Shown: positions 9,502-18,595 of the stretch, piece after piece
How the letters are laid out: every line of letters begins with the position of its first letter
Numbering within the stretch: the stretch's first letter is position 1
Assembly: GCA_029838215.1 (NCBI GenBank)
Contig: JALGVI010000019.1
Coordinates: 1 to 39,245 of the forward strand
DNA from: Candidatus Helarchaeota archaeon
Lineage (GTDB): Archaea; Asgardarchaeota; Lokiarchaeia; Helarchaeales; RDOG01
DNA: 39,245 nt
Direction of reading: 5' to 3'
Notes under the pieces: generated by a model
Databases searched by the model: none
What the model was told of the DNA's origin: nothing
What the model saw: the letters and a program-made list of their open reading frames with translations, nothing else
Translations under genes and position numbers: made by a program

Positions 9502-10842
9502 ATGATACCGCTTCTTTTTTGGCTTGACGTTGCAATCCTCGTGGTTTTTCTATCGGTGATCGTTCTGATCATTCTGGAAAAAAACCGTGCATTTGCAGCA
9601 CTCTTGGGAACGGTGATAATTGTAATTATCTTGTTAGCGTGGGGGATTTACGTGCCACAGGCCCAAGCCATTCACGTTTCAGAATTCATTACAGAAAAGA
9701 TCGAATTGCTCAGTCTCATCATTGGGTTAATGCTTATCGTTACCATTCTTCTCGAAACGGGCATTTTTGAATTCATTGCATTAAAAATGATTCGTCTTAC
9801 TAAGGGTCGCCCGTTTTCCTTGTTCTTGGTTTTTATCCTAATGACGTATGGCATTAGCATCATAATGGAAAATATTGGCGCCATATTGATCATTGCGCCC
9901 TTGACGATCACGACTTGCCGCATACTAAAAATGAGAAAAGCCCTTCCGTATTTTCTTGTTGCAGAGCAACTGGCAACCGTTCCCGCAGGTCTTGTTTTGG
10001 AAATCTCTTCAATCCCAAACATGATCATTGCAAGTGAGCTAAATTTCGCTTTTTTCGATTTTATTGTCTTGATAGGACCTCTTTCATTGATAATAGTCGT
10101 CGTTATCATCATTTACATGAAGAAATTTTACTTGGACAAGGAAGACAGGTTAAAAATGCCTTCAGAGAATCTCAGGATGTACATAGATCAATGGGACGAA
10201 TATTCGGTAGTTCCGAACATGTCGATTTTTCGGGGTTCTGCAATCATACTCGGTGCCATAATAGTAACGTTGGTCATATTTCATGAGTATGCATACATGA
10301 TTGCACTGATAGGAGGTCTTTTTCTACTCATTTTCAGCAAGCAGAATATTGGAGAAGTGCTGAGAAAGCTCGATTGGGTGACATTGTTCTTCCTAATAGG
10401 CGTTTTCATCATAGTTGATACGATGAATTCTCTAGGAATTCTCAGCATCATCGGCGTGGTGGTGACAATGACTTCCGCAGGCTTGATTTTGCCCGCATCG
10501 ATACTCACGTTATGGCTTTCGGGCTTCACGAGCGCATTTGTTGACAACATCCCCATCACGTTAACGTTAACGGAACCCATAAAACAGATAATATCCCTTA
10601 CAAATGCCTCATTTTTCAAGCAGAAACTCATCTCTTCTTCGTTGGTTATAGGAGCTTCACTGGGAGGATGTTTCACTCCAATCGGAAGCCCTTCTGGAGT
10701 ACTCACGTTGCAGATTGCCAAGGAACGGGGGATAAAAGAATTGGATTTTAAATTTTTCATAAAAATCGGCTTCATAATTACATTTATCAATTTTTTCCTT
10801 GCAACCGGTTACCTGGTTCTTCTTAATTTTTTCCTTGTTTAA
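9502..10842 (+). CDS. ArsB/NhaD (SLC13/P-protein-like) ion transporter
   Basis: About 12 TM segments, MENIGAILIIAP, SAFVDNIPITL, GASLGGCFTPIGSPSG. Confidence 0.85.
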   Translation: MIPLLFWLDVAILVVFLSVIVLIILEKNRAFAALLGTVIIVIILLAWGIYVPQAQAIHVSEFITEKIELLSLIIGLMLIVTILLETGIFEFIALKMIRLTKGRPFSLFLVFILMTYGISIIMENIGAILIIAPLTITTCRILKMRKALPYFLVAEQLATVPAGLVLEISSIPNMIIASELNFAFFDFIVLIGPLSLIIVVVIIIYMKKFYLDKEDRLKMPSENLRMYIDQWDEYSVVPNMSIFRGSAIILGAIIVTLVIFHEYAYMIALIGGLFLLIFSKQNIGEVLRKLDWVTLFFLIGVFIIVDTMNSLGILSIIGVVVTMTSAGLILPASILTLWLSGFTSAFVDNIPITLTLTEPIKQIISLTNASFFKQKLISSSLVIGASLGGCFTPIGSPSGVLTLQIAKERGIKELDFKFFIKIGFIITFINFFLATGYLVLLNFFLV

Positions 10843-10990
10843 ATTTTTAACTCATTTTTATCAATGAGAAACCATAAATTCATTCAATCTCTTAGAGAGA
10901 TGGAATTAAGTTTAAATAATATTGGATGTTAAATTGGTGATGTCATTCATCCTAAATGAATGAAGCAAGGATTTAGGGGAATTGAGGAAC

Positions 10991-11179
10991 ATGAATCCTA
11001 CTCATTCAAATTATGATCCTGTTGAAAGAGATAAACTAGCAAAAGGCATAAACAGGAGATTAGAAAAGTCAATCCATGAAATAGAGAAGAATAAACCTGA
11101 AGAAACACCGCTTGATGTTGCAAAGTTCAGAAAAAAAGAAGATGGAAGTACAGAAACTTATGAAGAAATTAAAAACTAA
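10991..11179 (+). CDS. Small soluble hypothetical protein (62 aa from ATG 10991)
   Basis: GAGG 5 nt upstream of the ATG. Fills an otherwise empty gap and has a charged helical composition. Confidence 0.45.
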   Translation: MNPTHSNYDPVERDKLAKGINRRLEKSIHEIEKNKPEETPLDVAKFRKKEDGSTETYEEIKN

Positions 11180-11358
11180 AATTAGAACAATGGTTATGAT
11201 GAACGGCTTATATTTGTTCATGTAATCATTAGATACTGTTTCACTCATCTAAGATCCCCTTCTTAATGATAAACAAACAGATCTGTAGTGGAATTTTTCC
11301 TTATTTTTTTTTAGTCTAATTCACGACATGATCGCGTTCACGAGTTTTGAAAGGCTGG

Positions 11359-12120
11359 TTAAAACTGACCGTGCCTACCTGCACCTTTTTTAAAGCGTTT
11401 CGCCCCTTCGGATGTTTCTCCACTCCAAAGAGTCCGAAGTCCGTGCTTGAATTCATTCTGCAATGCATCTTGAATGGTCATTCCAAATTGTTCATGTGCA
11501 GATATTCGGTCTTCCAACATGCACGTTTGCGGGAACGATGCTATTTCACGGGCTAATTTTTCGGCTTCTTGACGAGATTGTCCTTTTGGAACCACGCGAT
11601 TTGCCAAACCGATCGCGAGAGCTTCTTCAGCATTCACGGGGCGCCCTGTAAGTATTAAGTCAAGAGCTCTACTGAGTCCTATTAAACGAGGGAGACGAAC
11701 GGTTCCACCGTCTATAAGAGGCACGCCGAATCGCCTGCAAAAAACACCGAATATGGCATTTTCTTCCATCACTCGAAGATCGCACCAGAGGGCAAGCTCA
11801 AGACCTCCTGCCACGGCAAATCCAGATACTGCAGCAATGACGGGCTTTTTCAGTAGCATTCTCGTCGGTCCCATCGGTCCATCACCCGATTTATCGATCC
11901 GATTGCCGTGCCCCTCACTTATTGCCTTTAAATTCGCTCCTGCACAAAAGCACCCGTGATCACCCCAAAGCACGGCAACTCGAGCATTCCCATCCTTTTC
12001 AAATTCGCGAAATGCATTGGCGAGTTCAGCCGCAGTCGGTCCATCCACTGCATTTTTCACTTCGGGATTGTCAATTACAACAGTCGTCACGACATCTTTC
12101 TTTTCAACTCGAATTCCCAT
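11359..12120 (-). CDS. Enoyl-CoA hydratase/isomerase (crotonase family)
   Basis: FCAGANLK, KPVIAAVSGFAVAGGLELALWCDLR, LPRLIGLSRALDLILTGRPV. Start placed at MGIRVEKK (12120), behind a GGTG site. Confidence 0.92.
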   Translation of the reverse strand: MGIRVEKKDVVTTVVIDNPEVKNAVDGPTAAELANAFREFEKDGNARVAVLWGDHGCFCAGANLKAISEGHGNRIDKSGDGPMGPTRMLLKKPVIAAVSGFAVAGGLELALWCDLRVMEENAIFGVFCRRFGVPLIDGGTVRLPRLIGLSRALDLILTGRPVNAEEALAIGLANRVVPKGQSRQEAEKLAREIASFPQTCMLEDRISAHEQFGMTIQDALQNEFKHGLRTLWSGETSEGAKRFKKGAGRHGQF

Positions 12121-12246
12121 GAAAACACCATAATTGTACTGTTTAAACAAATAGAAATCTTTTGTCATGAAACGATACTTGTTGAAAAGCAAAAAGTAAT
12201 GATTGAATCGAGAAAAAAATAAAAAATTGCCTTGAATGAAGAAAGG

Positions 12247-13488
12247 TCATTCAGCTTGTTCAATTTCGGCGAGCGTGCTTTTAAGTTCCTCAGCTAATTC
12301 TCCGAGTTTGTTGGCTGTAGCCGTGATTTCTTCCATTGATGCCGTTTGTTCTTCGGCTGAAGAACTGATTTCTTCCATTGCCGTGGAGGTTTCCTGTTCA
12401 GCCGTCAACGTGCCTTCAATGTCGGAGGTGATGTCCCTGATGAGCTCCACGGATTTTTCGATTCTATTGACGATGTCAATGATCTTGGAACGTGATTTTC
12501 CAACGGCGGCTTTGGATTCTTCGGCAAGCTTTCGCACTTCATCGGCTACGACCGCAAAACCCCGTCCGTGCTCTCCCGCACGACCCGCTTCTATGCTGGC
12601 ATTCAATGCAAGCAGATTCGTTTGCTCGGCGATGTTAGTGATGATGTTCATCACGTTTCGTATCGCATCCGAAGACACCTTTACTTCAAGCGCAAGAGAG
12701 CTGATTTCGCTTGCCTTGGAATTTATATTGGATAAAGAGTCGACTTGGTTTTGTGTATTCCTCACGACCTCTTGAGTGGTTGCCGATATTTCTTCCGCCG
12801 ATGCGTTCACCTCGCTTGCACTTGCTGCCAGCTCGGTTGCCATGTTGGAAACGTTGACGCTTACAGTGGAGGAAGCCGTCAATACTTGCTTCAATTTGGA
12901 TTGTGATTTCAAGATCTGGTCTTCGATAAAGGCTACTAAAGCTGCCACGGTGAGCATACAGGAAAACATGAAACTAAATATATTGGCTAAATCAAGGGCA
13001 GCAACGGTTGGAACGCTGAAAAATATGAATACAAAGACGAAGCTCAAAATGGAAGTACCCAAAGCGATTGTTATGAATGCATAAAATGGAGACTTTTTCT
13101 TCAGATACACCATTATCATCAAGACAACTCCGATGCAAACCAGAAATGTTTCAAGGATCAAAATTGGAATGAGGAAGATAAAAAGTATTTCGAATTGAAA
13201 TAGGGCGTTTTTCATTGTCTTTTTTGTATCTTTTTTAAGATAGAGCGGAACGAAGTCGTTTAGTATAGCATACAAGGTAATTGACATCGAAAGGACATAA
13301 AGAATAAACGTTATCAACATAAAAAGCTGACTAATGTCAGAGAAAAGGTAGAATGTAGCACCGACACAATATATTGCAACGGTTGTGAACCAGAATACAA
13401 GTTCACGTCTTTTAATTAATGCAACACCCATTGAAATGGTTGCAATATAACTCATTATCGTGGTAACGAAATTAATCATTTCAATCAT
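12247..13488 (-). CDS. Methyl-accepting chemotaxis protein, paralog of 7621-8901
   Basis: [40 protein letters not shown], shared [24 protein letters not shown] block, multi-TM N-terminus. Confidence 0.92.
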   Translation of the reverse strand: MIEMINFVTTIMSYIATISMGVALIKRRELVFWFTTVAIYCVGATFYLFSDISQLFMLITFILYVLSMSITLYAILNDFVPLYLKKDTKKTMKNALFQFEILFIFLIPILILETFLVCIGVVLMIMVYLKKKSPFYAFITIALGTSILSFVFVFIFFSVPTVAALDLANIFSFMFSCMLTVAALVAFIEDQILKSQSKLKQVLTASSTVSVNVSNMATELAASASEVNASAEEISATTQEVVRNTQNQVDSLSNINSKASEISSLALEVKVSSDAIRNVMNIITNIAEQTNLLALNASIEAGRAGEHGRGFAVVADEVRKLAEESKAAVGKSRSKIIDIVNRIEKSVELIRDITSDIEGTLTAEQETSTAMEEISSSAEEQTASMEEITATANKLGELAEELKSTLAEIEQAE

Positions 13489-13708
13489 TAGTTTTCACAC
13501 CGCACAAGTAGAATTCAATTAATTGAAAGAACATTCATCAACAGTTTCTACCAATTTTTCCTAATTTTAAAAGGAATTGTCATCATTTAAAGAAAAAAAA
13601 TAACGGAATTGTCAAAAGTCAGACAGATTTTCTTGCAGTATGTTAAAAAAAAATGTGAAATATTTGGGTTTAATATCTTTTAATGGCAATGGAATCATGC
13701 CAAATGAT

Positions 13709-14560
13709 TCAACGATGTCCGTATTTTGGTTCTCGTTTATCAAAGAAAGATGAAACACCTTCGATCGTGTCTTTTGAAGATCCGCAAACTACTTGAGTCC
13801 GATTTTCCAATTGTATCATTGTTTCCAGACTTGGAGCATCTAAAGTCAGGTTGATGGCATCTTTCGTCATTCGCAATCCCAATGGGCTCTTAGCAAGCAT
13901 ATTTTTAGCCAGATCAATGGCAACATCGAATAATTCTTCTTCCTTCACGACTTTTAAGACCAGACCAATGCGTTCTGCCTCTTCAGCATCGACAAACCGC
14001 CCCGTATACAAGATTTCGGCGGCACGGGATAATCCGATGAGACGAGGCAGGAAATAAGTACTCCCGAGATCGGCTCCCGATACCCCTATCTTGATAAATG
14101 CATTATTAAACCGGGCGTTTTCGCTTGCAATTCTGACATCAGATGCCAACGTGAGCGTGAATCCACCGCCAGAAGCGGGTCCTTGAATTATCGCGATGAT
14201 TGGTTGGCTAATTTTCCGCATCTTGACGATTATCTGACTGATCCGTTGCTGGAAATACCAACGTGATTTCACCGACTCGGGAACGTCCAAAAAATAAAAT
14301 TTCTTGAATTCAGGCGGCTTTTTTCGCCTTTCCAAGATGTTGGATTCTTTCAAATCCAGACCGGCGCAGAACGCTCGTCCGGCACCTCGAAGAATGAGAA
14401 CGCGACAGTCAAGATTCACCATTAACTTATCAAGGAGATCGTGTAAATCTTCTACCATCTGAAAAGACAAAGCATTGAGACTTTTTGGGCGGTTTAGAGT
14501 TAGAATTCCAATGCCGTCATCTTTTAATTCAAATTGAATGGTTTCATATTCGGTCATCAT
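13709..14560 (-). CDS. Enoyl-CoA hydratase/isomerase (crotonase family)
   Basis: LTLNRPKSLNALS, FCAGLDLKE, QPIIAIIQGPASGGGF, LPRLIGLSRAAEILYTGR. GAGGA precedes ATG 14560. Confidence 0.92.
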   Translation of the reverse strand: MMTEYETIQFELKDDGIGILTLNRPKSLNALSFQMVEDLHDLLDKLMVNLDCRVLILRGAGRAFCAGLDLKESNILERRKKPPEFKKFYFLDVPESVKSRWYFQQRISQIIVKMRKISQPIIAIIQGPASGGGFTLTLASDVRIASENARFNNAFIKIGVSGADLGSTYFLPRLIGLSRAAEILYTGRFVDAEEAERIGLVLKVVKEEELFDVAIDLAKNMLAKSPLGLRMTKDAINLTLDAPSLETMIQLENRTQVVCGSSKDTIEGVSSFFDKREPKYGHR

Positions 14561-14609
14561 GTTCGTATCCTCTATTTCTGATGATTTTTTCATTCAAACA
14601 TGTCTTTAG

Positions 14610-14626
14610 ATGATTTTTAAAATCAT
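14610..14626. promoter_or_regulatory. Palindrome, candidate operator
   Basis: ATGATTTT-T-AAAATCAT, 50 nt upstream of the crotonase start. Confidence 0.3.
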
Positions 14627-14788
14627 GTTAATCATTAATCACGTGCAATCTCTTTAATTCGCAAGATGATTTTTATTTCTATTGAAATCACCGAAATTGC
14701 TCTTTTTTAACAGACAAAAATCTCGATTCCTGATTTCGTGGGAGAAATATCTTTTGTTTCGTCATCTCTTTGTGTTTTTATAAATTAA

Positions 14789-15019
14789 TCATCAATTATA
14801 CATGGAGAAAGGAGCGAAATCAGAATCTGTGTCAAGGAGAAAGGCATTCGGACGTGCGCGGAGTGTGAAGAATTTACATCTTGTAAAAAACTTGATTTTC
14901 TCAAGCCGATACATCCGAATTTGATGAAAGATCTTGACATGATTAATGACAAGGGATTCGATGCATTCGTTTCAGAAGTAGTAGCAAAATTCAAATTAGA
15001 TCCTTTAGTCATTGACTAG
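14789..15019 (+). pseudogene. 5'-truncated Cys-rich (DUF3795-like) gene remnant
   Basis: Stop-to-stop frame SSIIHGERSEIRICVKEKGIRTCAECEEFTSCKKLDFLKPIHPNLMKDLDMINDKGFDAFVSEVVAKFKLDPLVID*. No start codon precedes the Cys cluster, and there is an in-frame TAA at 14786-14788. Confidence 0.6.
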
Positions 15020-15056
15020 GATCAAATCCTTTTTTTTGCAATGAGGTGCTATTGAA

Positions 15057-15833
15057 ATGATCTTGGACGATCCGCGTATTTCAGGAATAATTTTTTATCC
15101 TCGAAAGATGCCAGAACCTAAGAAATTGCCTCCTGATGTTCACGTGTTAAAGTTTAGACTCTTTGGTGATATCGTGCTTGGAGGAGTCTGTTTTGAAAAT
15201 GATCCCGAGCTCCCAACGATATTGTTGTTCCACGGAAATGGTGAAATCGCTTTCGATTATCAATATTTTGTTAAATTATTTTTCGAGTGTGCCGTGAATC
15301 TGGCTGTTGCGGATTTTCGCGGATACGGGTTTTCATCGGGTCATCCCACGTATTCCAGCTTGTTTCATGATGCTCCACTCGTGCATGAGCAGTTCCATCG
15401 ATGGATGCAAGAACACGATTTCAGAGATTCACTTTTTGTCCTCGGACGTTCGCTCGGCAGTACCTGTGCTGCAGAAATAGGCGCGAGGAATCCTGAAGGA
15501 TTGCGAGGAATCATTTTTGAGAGTGGTTTTGCAGACACGTACCGATTAATCACGGGTCTTTTTCGCGTGAGTGGACAGGGAATTACCGAGGAGGCATTAC
15601 GAGAATGGTCGAATGATATTCGAATGGCAAGAATTAAAAAACCAACGCTAATAATTCACGGCACGAATGATTTCATCGTGCCCTGCGAGCAAGGGCAGCT
15701 AATTCACGATAGCATTCCAGAAGAAGTTGAAAAAGAACTCATTTTCATAAATGATGCCGGTCATAACGATATTTTCTCATATAAAGAGGAATATTTCAAG
15801 CCATTAAAGAATTTCATCAAGAAATACAAATGA
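15057..15833 (+). CDS. Alpha/beta hydrolase (ABHD13/Bem46-like)
   Basis: LFHGNGE, DFRGYGFSSG, nucleophile GRSLG, IIHGTND, AGHND. Confidence 0.9.
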   Translation: MILDDPRISGIIFYPRKMPEPKKLPPDVHVLKFRLFGDIVLGGVCFENDPELPTILLFHGNGEIAFDYQYFVKLFFECAVNLAVADFRGYGFSSGHPTYSSLFHDAPLVHEQFHRWMQEHDFRDSLFVLGRSLGSTCAAEIGARNPEGLRGIIFESGFADTYRLITGLFRVSGQGITEEALREWSNDIRMARIKKPTLIIHGTNDFIVPCEQGQLIHDSIPEEVEKELIFINDAGHNDIFSYKEEYFKPLKNFIKKYK

Positions 15834-16232
15834 TATTACGTAGTTTATCGAGCCAATGATAAAAAATAGAAACTACCTGCGCGAGTGGGATTAAAAACAG
15901 CCAAAAATATCGAATCAAAAAAAAATAGTACAAAATTCATGTGAAAAAAACAAAGAAGTAACAAAATCAAGAGAAGATAATTTCATCGTTAGTTCCTCCA
16001 TATTATAATGAAGCTGTTCCCTTCGTGGCGACAATAAGAGGCGGAAGTAGCATTTCTTTGATCGTTCATGCCATGGTTTTTTCCAAAACGAATATTCTTC
16101 CAGCGATTTCGATATCTGTTAATACTTCGTTTATCTTGTAATATCCAAAATCCATGCTAAATGGATCTTTTTTCGTTTTTTCTCGTTGTTGAAATTACTT
16201 TTAATCAAAAATAGCGGGATTGGATTTAGAAT

Positions 16233-16832
16233 TTACTCAGCAGCACCGGGTTCTTGAACGACTTTGATTTTCATGACTTCTGCCTTGCGAATGGGCAATA
16301 TTATCTTGCATTCTTCAGATAATGCGTGAGCCATTTCTCCAGAAACAGCATCTTTGATGAACTCAATAAAACTTAATTTTTCTGCAGCGGCATTAATGGT
16401 TTCATTCATAATTGCACGAACTAGTTTCTGTTGGTGAGTTTTACAGCGTTTTTGAGTGAATATTAAACAGGTGACCCGCAATTTGTAGCCGTCTTGTGTC
16501 TGAATGTTGAATAATCCAGTCACTTGGGACGTGCTACGGCGTACGAGAGACCTCAAGTAATCACGCGTGTAATCATGTCCAACGTATTTAGTTTGCACGA
16601 TATCATTCTTCAATTCAAAGGCTCGGAAAAATAGTTTGATATGAGCCAATCTAAAATCGCCGGTTAAATCATAAAGAGTGGTTTCAAAGATGCGTCCCAT
16701 GACATCATTAATTTCACGGGCGGGAGTCAAGCAAATTTCTTTATTTTCAAAATATGGAGGTGCTTCTACTGCAAACCATTGTTTTTGTTTCCATGTATCC
16801 ACGGGTTTTGATCTTCGTCTTGCTTTACCCAA
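16233..16832 (-). CDS. rps3ae: 30S ribosomal protein eS1 (S3Ae)
   Basis: DTWKQKQWFAVEAPPYF, GRIFETTLYDLTGD, RDYLRSLVRR, CKIILPIRKAEVMKIKV. TTG start behind GGAG. Confidence 0.95.
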   Translation of the reverse strand: MGKARRRSKPVDTWKQKQWFAVEAPPYFENKEICLTPAREINDVMGRIFETTLYDLTGDFRLAHIKLFFRAFELKNDIVQTKYVGHDYTRDYLRSLVRRSTSQVTGLFNIQTQDGYKLRVTCLIFTQKRCKTHQQKLVRAIMNETINAAAEKLSFIEFIKDAVSGEMAHALSEECKIILPIRKAEVMKIKVVQEPGAAE

Positions 16833-17014
16833 ATATTCAACTCCAATGTACGAAATTCATCTTTTCATGCCCAAAGGGCATTAATTGTAACCCAAAATGC
16901 AAAGACGTTTAAAAAATTTTTGCTTTAAATGGAGTTTATCATGCACGAATTCGGCTGAGTTATTAACGATGTTAGTCGCAATTATTTTTAGAAAGCAAAT
17001 TTCACGTGAAGAAG

Positions 17015-18457
17015 TTAACTTAATTGAATCTTGATGATTTCGTCTAATTGATTAATGAAATCGTTGAAGTAGGACGCAGGTATGCGACCTCCTGCAGCGA
17101 TGTTATGTCCACCACCCCCAGTATTTAATTTGAGTCGTGTTAAGGCAGTTTTTATGGCTTTTCCCAAGTTTAAACCTTCATCGACAAGCTTATTTCTTGC
17201 TCGGGCAGAAGTTTTAAAGAATCCATCATCGGAATTCGTGAATCCAAAAATCGGTTTTTCGGGCAGAATGAGACTTGAAGACACGAGAAGAGAAGTGATT
17301 TCACCGATTAAATTTTCAGGGATTTGATTTTCTCCAAGAAAATATTGAATGTGATTTTTTTGAACGATGGCATTAGTCATTTCTATCCAATGCATTGCTT
17401 CTTGGAGTGCACGTTTATAAGCATCGTATTCTTTAACGGCTTCTTGGTAATTTTGCTCACGATCACCGATACATATGGCAAGACCGGCACCTGCTCGCCC
17501 TTGTCGTCCGCATGAATTTAAAAGAGATGAAAAATCGTCTGCATTTGTTAAATATCTTGCATTTTCTTGAGGATAATCATAAACGTATCCTACAAGTGCT
17601 TGCATTGTTGTGGAGTCAAGACCTTTTTCAAGCCCATATTCTATCAGCTTCGTCGTGAAAGTGCGTTTTTCATCTTTACTGAGTTCAGAAATGGTTCGAT
17701 ATCTCTCTCCATCTTTCAATTTAAGTCTTGTTTCGGAAATTAAAAATCTCAAGCAATTTTCTTCGTTTCCTGTCAACCCGGGTAAATATGGTTCAACGCA
17801 CTCTTTCAATGATAGATGGAGAGGAAGATATTGTCGTCCTGGAAGCTTGAGGTCACGCTTCTCTTGGATGATTCCTTTACTCACGCCATCCTTGACGATG
17901 ATCTGGTTCAGGGCTATTAGGGCACCTTTTTTACCTTTATTCTGCCGATCACCTATGGCTCCTGCAAGTGCCACGGGAGCCAAATCTACATTTTTTTCAT
18001 TCAGTGCCTTCGCCACGAAATAGCAAATTCCAGAAGCGGAAATTTGAGTCGCTCCTTTAATGCCGAAAACATGTGGATTGACTTGCAAGCAGTTCGAGGG
18101 CACTTCTTCACGGGGAGGATGGTGGTCCAAAATGATGATGTTTTCATCAGGCATGTATTTTTTTATCAGTGCAAGATGACCGCTACCCAGATCTGAAAAA
18201 ACGTGATACTCATGTTTTTCTGCAGCAAGCTCCCTAATAGAAGGTTCTTCTAATTGCCGAATGATTCGAGCGTGAAATCTTGCACCTTCATGATAAAGAG
18301 CCGCTGCTATAATTCCTCCAGCACTTATACCATCTGCATCGATATGACTGGTAACACGGATGAGCACGCCTTTTTCGATCCATTCTCGAAGGCGGCTTGC
18401 TGCCCGAGCAATTAAAGCAAAGAAATCAGGATATTCTTCCACGTTCAAACAACTCAA
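17015..18457 (-). CDS. recJ: DHH/DHHA1 phosphoesterase, archaeal RecJ/Cdc45-like
   Basis: SHIDADG, SDLGSG, ILDHH, GAIGD, GGGHNIAAGG. Adjacent to rps3ae. Confidence 0.9.
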   Translation of the reverse strand: MSCLNVEEYPDFFALIARAASRLREWIEKGVLIRVTSHIDADGISAGGIIAAALYHEGARFHARIIRQLEEPSIRELAAEKHEYHVFSDLGSGHLALIKKYMPDENIIILDHHPPREEVPSNCLQVNPHVFGIKGATQISASGICYFVAKALNEKNVDLAPVALAGAIGDRQNKGKKGALIALNQIIVKDGVSKGIIQEKRDLKLPGRQYLPLHLSLKECVEPYLPGLTGNEENCLRFLISETRLKLKDGERYRTISELSKDEKRTFTTKLIEYGLEKGLDSTTMQALVGYVYDYPQENARYLTNADDFSSLLNSCGRQGRAGAGLAICIGDREQNYQEAVKEYDAYKRALQEAMHWIEMTNAIVQKNHIQYFLGENQIPENLIGEITSLLVSSSLILPEKPIFGFTNSDDGFFKTSARARNKLVDEGLNLGKAIKTALTRLKLNTGGGGHNIAAGGRIPASYFNDFINQLDEIIKIQLS

Positions 18458-18513
18458 AATAACTATTCTTTCAATTCCAATTAACTTGGATTTTAATCAA
18501 TGCTTGTATTAAG

Positions 18514-18523
18514 TATATTTAAA
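18514..18523 (-). promoter_or_regulatory. Candidate TATA box for the DHH gene
   Basis: TTTAAATATA on the minus strand ~57 nt upstream of the TTG. The region is AT-rich, so specificity is low. Confidence 0.3.
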
Positions 18524-18595
18524 CAAATAAATTTTTAAAAGCATAAAATAGGGTTTTTTTTCAGAAATCATTACCAATAATTTTAGGTCTTCTCG

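Noticed and set aside
7621-13488. Chemoreceptor TM domains as rhodopsin-transducer fusions
   Set aside because: The last TM helix of each protein has no Lys for a retinal Schiff base, and no rhodopsin motifs are visible.
8951-13614. ATTGTCATCA shared upstream of both MCP genes, and GGAATTGTCA twice at 13573 and 13605
   Set aside because: Opposite orientation and different spacing relative to the two genes. A 10-mer match is plausible by chance in AT-rich DNA.
14785-15012. Minus-strand 75-aa ORF from the track
   Set aside because: Antisense shadow of the plus-strand Cys-rich remnant.
15834-16232. 400-nt gap as a hidden gene or ncRNA
   Set aside because: Only short interrupted frames (e.g. 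a 29-aa and a 23-aa minus-strand ORF) with no recognisable motif or stable structure.
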